A stretch of 64,000 nt of DNA. Source: a virus. Lineage: Duplodnaviria > Caudoviricetes. A program made the translations under genes and the position numbers. Location: IMG/VR virus record IMGVR_UViG_3300027756_000009, positions 47 to 64,046 of that record. One strand, 5' to 3'. Under the pieces are notes generated by a model that was not told where the DNA came from, ran no database searches, and was given only the letters and a program-made list of their open reading frames with translations. This document shows positions 23,601 to 29,960 of the stretch, one piece after another (the stretch's first letter is position 1; every line of letters begins with the position of its first letter).

Positions 23601-26130
23601 ATTGGTAGATGCACAGTATCAAAGTGCTTTTACTGATACCACACTGGGCACACAACCCATCGACATCAATGTAGACGGTGGCAAGTTTATCGGTCCGTAT
23701 GAAGGTCACGCACCTGAAGAACTGGTTAATGCGGCTGAATTTGATACTTTGGATTTGAGAGTTTACACTCGACCAGGCGCAGATTGGGACACCGGAGCAC
23801 CCGGGCATGGATTCCAAATAGGTAGCAAAAGATACATAATAGATTCAGCTTTGACTTTGACCTACAGTTGGGCTGGCATTGTTGAACATCCTGTAGAAGT
23901 GTTGGTTGGCAATCAAACCACTGGATTTGACCTGCATCAAGACGTGGATTATCTAGTGGATTGGGTCACTCAAAGCATTACCATGATCACGGGATACACC
24001 AACGGTGATATCATCAACATCAACCTCTATGAATTAGGCGGGGGGTCGCAATTGTATCGCGCCAATTACATAGGATCTGATGTGGGCAGTTCAGTTGTAA
24101 TACCAGTAGATGCTTCTGAAATTTTAAACTTGGCAATTTTTGTCAATGGCATCAACACAACCACTGCTACCTGGACTGCCTACATTGACAGTGAAAATTG
24201 GAACATACAACAAAGCTACAATTTGCAGGCTGTGGTCAACTATACCGGCACGTACTATCGAGCCATAAGATCAGTGCCGGTAGGAGTGGCCATTACCAAT
24301 GTGCTATATTGGCAGTCGTTTGTGCCTACTCAACTTAGCTTGGTAAGTTTTGGCGCCACATACAGTGTCAATGATGGAATTGCATTAGTGGCCCTGGGAC
24401 ACTATTATGTAGACCCTCAATATCTTGTGCGCGGTAGACAATATACCATAACCCGTGTGGGCACCACCAATTTTACCACAGTGGGTGCTGCCACCAACAC
24501 TGTGGGCACTGTGTTCACAGCCACCAATGCCACAACAGGCACTGGACAAACTGAAACTGTGTATTCTTGGAGCACTCCTCAAACACAAACACTTACGGTT
24601 GACTCCGCATTCTTGTTTGACAAAACCATCACCTGTTCAAACAGCCTGCAAGGTACCAATCCTGCCAATCTCATAGTGACAAAAAATGGCCAAAGACTGC
24701 GACCACCCGAAGGAATTGAATGGCTTGGCAACGGTACATCTGTGAGTTTTGGATTGCCTCAGCGTGGTGGCTACAGTCAACAAATTATCAATGCAGCCAC
24801 AGACATCACAGTTTGGGTCAATGGTATTTTACAAACACAGTCTATAGGACCCACCATTGGCAATTATGCTGTGACCAATTGGGATGGAAGCAATGATCCA
24901 GGTCGTCAGGTGGTATTTGCACAACCGCCACAGGTCAATGCAAGAATTTTGATATCTGTCAGCACAGTGACTGACTATCAAGTAAGTGCCACGGTGAATC
25001 AAATATCCATTGGAACAATTGTAAATTTAGGCGATACTCTAGAAGTCGTCACTTGGAATGATACCAGCCAACAAAATATTTTGACCCAGGTGTTCCAAGG
25101 ACCCATCAACACCAGCGTGATTGTTTATGAACCCTATGACACCACAGTGTTTGATCTGGCATCGGCTCCCAACAACAACACTCCAGGAACATTTGATTAC
25201 AGCGTTGGTCAGTTGTTGCCCACAAATGATTTTGACCTTAGTCGCAGTGGCCTCAATGGCGACAGATTGTGGGTTACACTGGATGGACTCCAGTTGTTTG
25301 ATGGCACAGATTTTGTGATCCAAGGTCAATATTTGGTCCTGAGTTCGGGTACAATCAGCAGTGGACAGATTCTGGTGGTTACTCAATTTACTAACAGCGT
25401 TGTGCCTGAGGCAGTGGCATTTAGAATTTTCCAAGACATGCGCGGTGCTCAGGCCACCTATAGAATCACAGATGCAACCACCACCACTTTGGCGCAGTCT
25501 GTGACCTCAACTGCTGATCAAATTTTTGTTGCCAATGTATCAGCATTGACCGAACCCAATTTGGCACTGGGGATTTTTGGTGCAGTAACCATTGACGGCG
25601 AAAGAATAATGTACCGTGTGCGTGACACAGCAACCAATTCTATCAGCAGTTTGTTGCGAGGCACAGCAGGTACCGGTGCCGCAGATCATCAAACTGGTAC
25701 GGCTGTGTATGACATAGGCCGTGGAAACTTGTTGAATCAAGATTATCAAAATTACATTGTGACCAACGCCAACAATGACGGGAAATTTCCATTGGGCGAT
25801 GGCACCACAGCAGTATTTTATGCACCCAACATCAATGCCGCTGACTTTGCTGACAGTAGTATTGAAGTTCGGGGCCTAGAAGTATACGTGGGCGGCATCA
25901 GACAATATGCCAAATCAGATCAAACTATTGAGTCACCGTATCCATGGTTTGTGGCAGAATTTGACCCTGTGGCCATTGGATTTGAGGTTCCTCCGGCTGC
26001 TGGCAGCGAAGTCACAATATTGGTTCGTCGTGGAGTCACCTGGTATGCGCCCGGGGCAGACACTGCCAGTGACGGTATTGCATTGCAAGAAACTAACACC
26101 GCTGCCGCAAGGTTTTTGTGCAACCGATAA
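11602..26130 (+). CDS. giant (4842 aa) modular baseplate/receptor-binding protein
   Basis: Uninterrupted 14.5 kb ORF coupled (TAATG) to gp6-like gene; contains cupredoxin-like beta modules, seven FG-GAP-like blades, three CBM5/12-like motifs and many V.VNG/DY beta modules. Confidence 0.7.
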   Translation: MATVRSVDFLPEIFQTDANKQFLSATLDQLIQEPQFKKTQGFIGRTVGPGVNPNDKYVIEPTRTRADYQLEPTVISLDPAATTTVKNAITYPGINDAIALQGGYGDNPDRLYTSEFYSWDPFVDFDTFVNFSQYFWLPYGPDAVDVAVTAIPATDDFVVNRDNGVYTFSGISADNPTLNLVRGGSYTFQVAQNTKETVNYRVRNNNNTSYSIDYLPNPTLTLARGNTYVFNLTTTGIYPFWIKTQAVIGTGNAYNSGVSRNGAVTGLVTFTVPQDAPDELYYISQNDVSMQGVLKIVNSTPGTGPGFWIQTNPGINGTVPINPNISSRDVYGVTNNGEDLGTVTFNVPLKTAQNFYYNLPDIGNVNLLTSLKFDQINNQPLATFIQTYGGIDGITYLDGRTLIFTDPFVYEEDGWVVQQPFDSTPFDPLTQSPTFNGQPGSFDNSIPVPLEDRYQLWRISIVNYNGTDYITLAKFATIAVLDKFTINYGEQYSNTQWYKNETGFFERVPHLTAIMDTLYYQDGTDPEIFGRINLIDQAENTTLYIDQIIGKKNYTSNNGVTFTNGLKVVFRGLVEPAAYINNQYYVSGVGSAIELLPVVNFITPETYVINENDSGLPVPSDTDYLTISRASPDLNAWTRSNRWFHIDVITATASYNNTAAVLDNNYRAKRPIIQFRQGLRLYNMGTQGKQSVDMIDFQETDAFSNIEGSTGYSVNGYTLVQGSRIIFAADLDPDVQNKVYVVNFIIPDTVSPLIAQPIINLVLADDGVVTADQCLVSLEATLFESSQQNAGTTYWYNGTDWVLAQQKIGIQQAPLFNIYNPNGVSFADQSIYPSSTFVGSKLFSYAAGDTTILDPVLQFPLQYLNINNVGDIVFENNLYKDTFLYVLNNISTVQDISSGSVREYQTRTGYRSLLGWQTAATSSLVKQQFKFTYNTSTLKLDIKISDPVTVPTISVFVGSVFLESSEYTYVTTDNSTTITLLKTYVPGDIVEVVVLSNQISQVAFYQVPDNLQNNPLNANSPSFTLGTIRTHYESICQNLISLSGPVNGANNTRDLGNIVPYGQVILQQSAPVTLTGYFMRSDKFNVFASLQYNSQEYSKFKAQVLDAVTIQEINFQTPAQILDTAINYVVAGRVDTQPFYWSDMLPHGAVYISNTYTVSNTTSATFDTVQVYNYESANYLGLLVYVNDRLLTRDLEYVVAINGPTITITIPLTLGDQVTINEYSTTAGSFVPNTPTKLGLYPAWQPQQTVQRTTYGEWTVIVGHDGSITRAFDDIRDSVLLEFETRIYNNLKLDGNPVPLTVYDVLPGQFRTTGYTYEEINNILSKDFLSWVAWNKLDYRTQDYRANNEFTWNYSASQNRLDNENLLGAWRGIYKYFYDTQQPEYTPWEMLGFTIKPDWWENTYGAAPYTADNLVLWDDLQNGYVADPVAPYVLPEFARPGLTSVIPTGNQGELLPPFDTVVGTYSQTQFRKSWAVGDGGPVEASWWNSSSYPFAVMRLLAVTRPAKFFALFADRDLYRYNAEYGQYLYNDRYRLDANGIEVYGNGVSKASYIDWIVDYNRQTGIDSTKELTDDLKALDVRLSYRMASFSDKQYIKLYTEKSSPNSQNTTLLIPDESYNLILYKNQPFDRVSYSSVVVQQVPGGYSVFGYSTAQPYFNIVKSLANGQLRTFAVAGVVVQVPTFYTNTVVQVPYGFVYKDLTSVCDFLLCYGQLLELQGLTFTDRANGYLLDWSQMVTEFLYWSQQGWEDNALINLNPLASKLTVTKEQAVVDSVRAQTSDNILLNQDRRELSTKNLNIVRLGNLFSAQPLTEQSLNYIDLRFTSYEHMIILNNKSVFGDLIYDPVTGARQNRLTLIAVTTTRWDGSVDAPGFILNQDNVEEWTGLRIYSKGEIVKYKNVYWSALTIVQPSTTFETQYWTQNNYTQIELGLLPNIANKANQLANSYNINTANIELDNDLLSYGLIGFRPRQYMAALNLDDVSQVNIYRQFLGSKGTLLSTELFNQADLGKEAGDYKIYENWAVLRGTYGANANRSFFELRLNRALLSSNPSLVQVVVPQQPSQADQTVLLSDVWRKSYQLTSPNILPTTTTLPTDISLPTAGYVNVDDVDITVFSIDDTASLSANIDSIKVGTSIWVAKINAYDWNIYRAQQVPGQIQHVCDNLNGTSRVIFSQQHGLLTGDTLIIKYFDQEINGVYKVLSVADLVTVNIAFAFVDSRTVANGIGIGFTLKTMRVSQASDVLSLPYANTLQPGATVWVDNDGQGLWEVLQKQNVFSTLTSLSPTLLDASEQYGQSVTQAFNRFATLVGSPRYGFGSGTAKGAVYVYVRSDTDQYIPISPLAAGDSILTLDVTGVRGYGNSVDFGYQTWAVAGASASLGPTGSANNGYACVIFQDPDPGSIPYTQWQLLTQPGTTTSSTPGAGEFGYSVAISQDERWMYIGAPGLNQVHAYGRVDWQDQFVNIFADGSTLEFGFNQAIQISAATQIRVTVDSQIQILNSDYTVLQQAGVYQSVVFSTEPAAGLLVSISRINILQLDANTYYQVTQSSTSGTGTGAQFTIVRERGYVGQPGATSGTVGVTFGGLGYVAGNTITIAASKFGGGVDGVNNIVLTVTSVAAGAVTGFTIAYTPPAAAQTLSINEYFATADNIYSFSLKVNDILQRPNIDYVFNIGTGDITFTTNPAYGAVIIARAQGYFEYVNSITMPGLSAGDRFGHSVSCTTDGRQLVVGTPNNTVTTVGSYPQAGSVYVFDRNVQRFIYNSDNSTISGFQFTVLGSVTAPVSVLVNGTFLVNQADSVVNGNNTFTVAGNIITINGNLQTGDIIEIETNQFSTIQTVQQHAVANFSNFGTAVDICNYNCSLYVGEPQSSLQIFKGGIVERFVNQSRTYGIISSTNKNPTLTVGNTLRVNDTDVAVPAAAGSVSSLQGLANNINSAVPNVTATVSSQGILTLAVANSDAAPAFDKLQVSTGSTGTAFSDLGFETFVWTQNIFNPYPLDYAAFGSAISINDTATNLVVGAPNGTIYIEIEFDQGTTIFDDNATVFFSLIVQSGAVYTFDYLPSSESSITNPGNFVFGLQIVDSDLNSLSKFGTAVSYNSGVLMVGAPGNDLGDSSSADFGSVIVYENPNRVPSWTVIYQQQPVVDIQSLDSVFLYDRITSATTEFLDFFNPLQGKILGAARENIDYISGVDPASYNIGPANINGSTWSLGHVGEVWWDVSTVRFVDPNQESIVYASRRWGQLFPGSIVDVYQWIESDVPPSAYTGPGIPRDTVSYSINSQLGNGGLITTQFYFWVQGITSLNPLSTKTLPPSTVANYISNPRASGIAYLAPINASTVALYNCSDLIAAQDTVLHIGFDQELTTANVHTEYELIAQDKADAFLSDNLYRKLQDSFCGVDTFGNKVPDPNLGPAESYGVQFRPRQSMFADRFIALQNYLTRANAVMSLYPLSESGNYPLLNSSERILPASETIDGQTVVNWNFGVTNLEELGFQQPIWSNLTGPIPVGYKYLVASDSSNRGLWTIYEVQNSQTQAGVRVLTLVRVQLYRTSDYWSYVDWYRPGYNSTTNVIAEVSNYATLATLTVPVGSSVQVTANGQGRFEIYLRTDLGWERVGLQNGTIEFSAELWDYALGKFGFDVEVFDAQYFDQEPVIETRKIIQAINEEIFIDDLAIQRNKALVLMFNFVLSEFTAPEWLVKTSLIDVEHRIRALIPYQNYVRDNQEFVSDYIQEVKPYHVQVREFNLRYNGFDQFFGDVADFDLPAYYNTSLEIPQYTSPVLLPYDHGTAQVSNFLSDLPDSSAVWETWPYSQWFNNYLLDIVSVRMVNTGQGYVQPPVVTIQGDATVAATAVALVNSVGQVVAINITSTGSGYRSTPTIVFEQGNGSGAVAYAVMSNALVRNIRTTIRYDRCEFQSSVIIWQPGVIYTQGTLARYLDRVWQAKSVVPSSTIFDLAYWTEIPASALSGADRTLGYYVSGVNQPGLELPLLIDGIGYPGVQVYGNYFLGNPALVDAQYQSAFTDTTLGTQPIDINVDGGKFIGPYEGHAPEELVNAAEFDTLDLRVYTRPGADWDTGAPGHGFQIGSKRYIIDSALTLTYSWAGIVEHPVEVLVGNQTTGFDLHQDVDYLVDWVTQSITMITGYTNGDIININLYELGGGSQLYRANYIGSDVGSSVVIPVDASEILNLAIFVNGINTTTATWTAYIDSENWNIQQSYNLQAVVNYTGTYYRAIRSVPVGVAITNVLYWQSFVPTQLSLVSFGATYSVNDGIALVALGHYYVDPQYLVRGRQYTITRVGTTNFTTVGAATNTVGTVFTATNATTGTGQTETVYSWSTPQTQTLTVDSAFLFDKTITCSNSLQGTNPANLIVTKNGQRLRPPEGIEWLGNGTSVSFGLPQRGGYSQQIINAATDITVWVNGILQTQSIGPTIGNYAVTNWDGSNDPGRQVVFAQPPQVNARILISVSTVTDYQVSATVNQISIGTIVNLGDTLEVVTWNDTSQQNILTQVFQGPINTSVIVYEPYDTTVFDLASAPNNNTPGTFDYSVGQLLPTNDFDLSRSGLNGDRLWVTLDGLQLFDGTDFVIQGQYLVLSSGTISSGQILVVTQFTNSVVPEAVAFRIFQDMRGAQATYRITDATTTTLAQSVTSTADQIFVANVSALTEPNLALGIFGAVTIDGERIMYRVRDTATNSISSLLRGTAGTGAADHQTGTAVYDIGRGNLLNQDYQNYIVTNANNDGKFPLGDGTTAVFYAPNINAADFADSSIEVRGLEVYVGGIRQYAKSDQTIESPYPWFVAEFDPVAIGFEVPPAAGSEVTILVRRGVTWYAPGADTASDGIALQETNTAAARFLCNR

Positions 26131-26134
26131 GCAG

Positions 26135-26142
26135 TATAAATA
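26135..26142 (+). promoter_or_regulatory. T4-type late promoter TATAAATA
   Basis: Intergenic, 6 nt before ATG 26149. Confidence 0.65.
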
Positions 26143-26148
26143 ATAACA

Positions 26149-26304
26149 ATGTCCAATACTCCAAATCAAACTCAAAACAGTACGCCAGTGCCAACACCGG
26201 TCAATCCCACGCGACCCAACGAAACTGGTACTATTTCTGTACAAGCTCACATGAGGATTTTTGATCCAAAAACACAAAAAACCTATGTGGAGGGCCGAGC
26301 ATGA
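26149..26304 (+). CDS. 51-aa ORF below track cutoff; resembles N-terminus of next gene
   Basis: MSNTPNQ...ISVQAHMRIFDPKTQKTYVEGRA*; TATAAATA 6 nt upstream; ATGA overlap with 26301. Confidence 0.6.
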   Translation: MSNTPNQTQNSTPVPTPVNPTRPNETGTISVQAHMRIFDPKTQKTYVEGRA

Positions 26305-27083
26305 TTCAGCCAGGTCTGTGCAAAATTGAAGGATTTATCAAGATTCATGACCCAAATACCGGGGAAATTTTGGTAGATAAAAAAAATGCCATTCACTACG
26401 AGAATATTTCAGTGGCCATGGCTCAGAGTCTCAGCAATCAACTGGTGCCGTCAAATGACACCAGACTGGGAATAATCTATGAAATGGCATTTGGTAATGG
26501 CGGCAGTTCGGTGGATCCCACTGGAGTTATCACGTATTTGCCTCCGAATACCACTGGACAAAATGCTGATCTGTACAACGAAACCTATGCCAAGGTTGTA
26601 GATCAAAATTCAGCAGCTGACACAGATCCTTTGAACAACAAAATGACTGTGTTACACACAGCAGGTGTATTTTATAGCGATATCTTGGTATGTTGTTTGT
26701 TAGACTACGGTGAGCCCCCGCAACAGCAGGCCTTTGATAACTCAACCAATTTCAATGGCGAATTTGTGTTTGACGAACTTGGGCTCAAATCCTGGAATGG
26801 ATCAGCGGACAACTTGCGACTGATCACACATGTGATTTTTCACCCAGTACAAAAAAGTTTGAATCGTCAGATTCAAATTGACTATACATTACGTATACAA
26901 ACGCTGAGCAACATAAATGCTACTGGTTATCATACCATGCCAGACGGAACAATAATGGCAAACAGCGCAATGCCAAGTAGCGGCGGATCAAGCAGCGGCG
27001 GATCAAGCAGCGGCGGATCAAGCAGCGGCGGATCAAGCAGCGGCGGATCAAGCAGCGGCGGATCAAGCAGCGGCGGATATTAA
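26301..27083 (+). CDS. conserved tail-region structural protein with Ser/Gly C-terminal tail
   Basis: IKIHDP.TGEILVDK.NAIHYEN.S, FGNGG.SVDPTG.ITY, LDYGEP..Q.AFD, FDELGL, FHPVQKSLNR.IQIDYT.RIQ; ends in 7 x SSGGS. Confidence 0.6.
   Translation: MIQPGLCKIEGFIKIHDPNTGEILVDKKNAIHYENISVAMAQSLSNQLVPSNDTRLGIIYEMAFGNGGSSVDPTGVITYLPPNTTGQNADLYNETYAKVVDQNSAADTDPLNNKMTVLHTAGVFYSDILVCCLLDYGEPPQQQAFDNSTNFNGEFVFDELGLKSWNGSADNLRLITHVIFHPVQKSLNRQIQIDYTLRIQTLSNINATGYHTMPDGTIMANSAMPSSGGSSSGGSSSGGSSSGGSSSGGSSSGGSSSGGY
26976..27080 (+). repeat. tandem repeat, 7 x 15 bp (AGCAGCGGCGGATCA)
   Basis: Five perfect internal units plus AGT.. first and ..TAT last variants, ending just before TAA. Confidence 0.95.
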
Positions 27084-27106
27084 GAATTTGAGCAATATCA
27101 ACGCTG

Positions 27107-27114
27107 TATAAATA
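27107..27114 (+). promoter_or_regulatory. T4-type late promoter TATAAATA
   Basis: Intergenic, upstream of tail fibre. Confidence 0.65.
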
Positions 27115-27138
27115 TAAAACTATAAACAGGTAACTGAC

Positions 27139-28923
27139 ATGGCATACACAATCAATCTAACCGACGGCACAATTTTTGCTTCCATTGCTGACGGTACCAT
27201 CAACCAATCAAGTTCAATGACCTTGGTGGGTAAAAATTATGCTGGCTACGGGCAATTTTTAGACGACAACTTTATACATTTGTTGGAAAGTGGTGCAAAC
27301 ACCACAGCTCCAGCCTCGCCGCTGACTGGTCAGCTTTGGTGGGACAAGACAAACAATTTGTTGAAAGTTTACAATGGTACAACTTTCAAAGTCATGACGG
27401 CTAGCACAGCTTCTGCAACAGCACCGGTCAGTAACGTAACCGGCGACTTGTGGTATGACACAGTGAATCAACAACTCAAAGTTTATTCAGGATCAGGCTT
27501 TATCACAGTGGGCCCGGCCTACACCCAAAGTCAAGGCACCACCGGCGCTATTCCTGAAACCATCAATGACTCAGGTGCAACACCGCATTTTGTGACCAGC
27601 TTGTATGTGAACAATACAAGGGTGGCTATTGTGAGCAAAGATGCTAGTTTTACTCCGGCTGCCCCTGTTGTGTCAACATTTCCTACCATATACAATGGTA
27701 TCACATTGTACAACAGTGGCAGTCCTGTGTTTGCAGGCGATGCCACCAATGCTCAGACTCTGGACAGTCTAGACAGTTCTCAATTCATGCGCAGTGATAC
27801 CAACACTGCCACAACTGGTATCCTGCGTGTACAAAACAATACTGGTCTGTTTGTGGGATCAGCCAATGTGTTCAATGTCAATACCACTTCTACAGATGCC
27901 AATATCAAAAGCAATATTTCAGGCGGTAATTTGGTCATTCAGGCCAATGTCAGCGGTGCTACATTCAATGTGGCACAAGCTGTAGGCGCCACTGGTGCAT
28001 TTGCAGTCAGCAATGCACTGACTGTTGGCACCACAGTCAGTGCCACTGGCAACATCACTGGCGGCAATGTATTGACTGGTGGACAGTTTTCGGCAGTTGG
28101 CAACATCACTGGCGGCAACTTGTCAACCACACTGGCCGCGGCTACTACAGTCAGTGCCACTGGCAATGTGCAAGCTGGCAACGTTCGTACCGGCGGATTA
28201 ATAAGTGCAACAGGCTCAATCACTGGTGCCAATATCACTTCTGGATCGGGCAGCTTTTTCCTTGGCGACGGCGGATTGTTATCAAATGTTTCAGCAGCGG
28301 TTTCGGTCACACAGATTCAAAATGGTTCTTCAAATGTAAAAATTGGCTCCAGTGGTGGCAGTGTTACCGTGGGTGTGGCTGGTACAGATGCAGTGGTCAC
28401 AATTGACGCCACCACTCTATATGTCAACACCGCCAATGTGGCCAGCATCAGCAAGTCAGGCAGCAACGCAGTGGGCAATATTGGATCCAATGCAAACTAT
28501 TTCAATCGACTGTTTGCCACAGCTACCACAGCACTGTATGCTGACGTTGCAGAACGTTTTGCGTCAGACCAACCACTTGAGCCCGGCACCGTGGTAGAAA
28601 TTGGCGGCTCAGCAGAAATTTGTCGTGCTCAAACTGAGTTGAGTGAAAAAGTATTTGGAGTGATCAGTAGTGATCCGGCACACTTGTTGAACGGTGGTGC
28701 AGGCACGGATGACACACACCCTGCTGTGGCCTTGACTGGTCGAGTTCCAGTGCTGGTTGTAGGCACAGCGGTCAAAGGCGACAGATTGGTATCAGCAGGT
28801 AACGGCCAGGCTCGAGCAGCAGCAGCGGGCGAAGCCACTGCATTCAATGTGATTGGCCGCGTTTTACAAGATAAACACAGTGAAATTGCAGAATTAACGC
28901 AGGCTGTGGTAACTATAAAATAA
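27139..28923 (+). CDS. tail fibre with C-terminal autocleaving intramolecular chaperone (peptidase G2-like)
   Basis: N-terminal L.GKNYAGYG.FL..NF..LLE; G.LW.D motifs; SATGNITGGN repeats; C-terminal YADVAERF...PGTVV.IGG...GV.S..PA...VAL.GRVPV...GD.LVS. Confidence 0.75.
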   Translation: MAYTINLTDGTIFASIADGTINQSSSMTLVGKNYAGYGQFLDDNFIHLLESGANTTAPASPLTGQLWWDKTNNLLKVYNGTTFKVMTASTASATAPVSNVTGDLWYDTVNQQLKVYSGSGFITVGPAYTQSQGTTGAIPETINDSGATPHFVTSLYVNNTRVAIVSKDASFTPAAPVVSTFPTIYNGITLYNSGSPVFAGDATNAQTLDSLDSSQFMRSDTNTATTGILRVQNNTGLFVGSANVFNVNTTSTDANIKSNISGGNLVIQANVSGATFNVAQAVGATGAFAVSNALTVGTTVSATGNITGGNVLTGGQFSAVGNITGGNLSTTLAAATTVSATGNVQAGNVRTGGLISATGSITGANITSGSGSFFLGDGGLLSNVSAAVSVTQIQNGSSNVKIGSSGGSVTVGVAGTDAVVTIDATTLYVNTANVASISKSGSNAVGNIGSNANYFNRLFATATTALYADVAERFASDQPLEPGTVVEIGGSAEICRAQTELSEKVFGVISSDPAHLLNGGAGTDDTHPAVALTGRVPVLVVGTAVKGDRLVSAGNGQARAAAAGEATAFNVIGRVLQDKHSEIAELTQAVVTIK

Positions 28924-28940
28924 AATTTAGGAATATAAAA

Positions 28941-29906
28941 ATGACATACGCATCCGGACAACTAATACAGGCCACTGACTACAACGGTTTTGTTAGCACT
29001 ACCGCAGGTGCCAACATCAATGATGTCTGGAGCACAGGTTCAGGTGACAAAGGTTGGGGACAAACAGCACTAAGCACAGTGTCGGCAGCAGGTACCGTAA
29101 CTGCCACACAGTGGGCCACCTTGGTCAACACCTTGGCCAGCATGGGCTCACAAACCAACACCGCTATCACTGCTAGATCAGCACCTGTGGCCGGACAAAC
29201 CATTAGTATTTTGTCTGCGGTAAACACAGACTTGACCAATGTTACTACCAATAGAAACAATGCTGCGGCTCAGGGAAGCCAGTTCACTGGTTGGACCGGC
29301 ACAAACTCTAAAACTGCTGGAACTTCAGGAGCTACCTGGACTATCACATTTACCAACACAGTGACATTTGCATCAGCGGCCGCTGCTAGATATTTTTTCA
29401 ATGCAGGTGGTTCAATCAAGTTGGACGTGGCCAAATCAGCCACGGGCCAGACTGGTGATCCAGAATGGAACGACTTGGCCACCACCTTGTGCGGCGACAT
29501 TTATTTTACCACAGGCACCAGCACACAAGTCATTGCAGGCACCAGCTACACAGGCACAACCAAGATTGGCGGCACTGGTACTCCAGCAACTCTCACAACC
29601 ACAACTGGTTTCTACGATTTGACCCCGGGCGGCGCAGCCACAATCATCTACAAACAGTTTGCTGACACAGCACCCTACACATCAAACTTTATCCAACACA
29701 GTGTTGCTCTTAATTCAGGCTCCACAGTGTTGACATTCACAACACTGTGGTCAGCGGTGGACGGGGATCCAATTTCGGGCGGTACAGCAGCTTCGGGCGC
29801 AACACCGGGCACAGCACCCTGTACCATTTGCACATACTACCCACCATCAACTACGTATCTCACTGCCAGTTGGGGCACACCCGCTGTGGCGGCCACAACA
29901 ACTTAA
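28941..29906 (+). CDS. Thr/Ala/Gly-rich virion structural (fibre-associated) protein
   Basis: MTY..G.LI.ATDYN, G.G..GWGQ, F.S...ARYFFNAGG.I; AGGA SD; last gene before a terminator. Confidence 0.55.
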   Translation: MTYASGQLIQATDYNGFVSTTAGANINDVWSTGSGDKGWGQTALSTVSAAGTVTATQWATLVNTLASMGSQTNTAITARSAPVAGQTISILSAVNTDLTNVTTNRNNAAAQGSQFTGWTGTNSKTAGTSGATWTITFTNTVTFASAAAARYFFNAGGSIKLDVAKSATGQTGDPEWNDLATTLCGDIYFTTGTSTQVIAGTSYTGTTKIGGTGTPATLTTTTGFYDLTPGGAATIIYKQFADTAPYTSNFIQHSVALNSGSTVLTFTTLWSAVDGDPISGGTAASGATPGTAPCTICTYYPPSTTYLTASWGTPAVAATTT

Positions 29907-29909
29907 CCA

Positions 29910-29937
29910 AAAGGGGCTACTGCCCCTTTACTTTTTT
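29910..29937 (+). terminator. intrinsic terminator ending the tail module
   Basis: AAAGGGGC-TACT-GCCCCTTT stem-loop followed by ACTTTTTT, 4 nt after the stop at 29906. Confidence 0.75.
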
Positions 29938-29955
29938 CTAATTCTCCTGTACAAT
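29927..29955 (+). promoter_or_regulatory. sigma70-like promoter for the modification island
   Basis: TTTACT-17 nt-TACAAT with TG immediately before the -10; ATG 5 nt downstream; -35 overlaps the terminator. Confidence 0.5.
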
Positions 29956-29960
29956 AACTT

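Noticed and set aside
11602-26130. Intein or intron in the giant ORF
   Set aside because: No C/S...HN splice motifs or LAGLIDADG/HNH signature seen; the frame is continuous.
172-26745. Many 60-140 aa opposite-strand and alternate-frame ORFs in the structural region (e.g. 393-1040 minus)
   Set aside because: Shadows of long, motif-bearing plus-strand genes; no SD, coupling or recognisable motifs.
26976-27080. 15-bp repeat as CRISPR or origin iterons
   Set aside because: No spacers; in frame within a CDS and encodes SSGGS.
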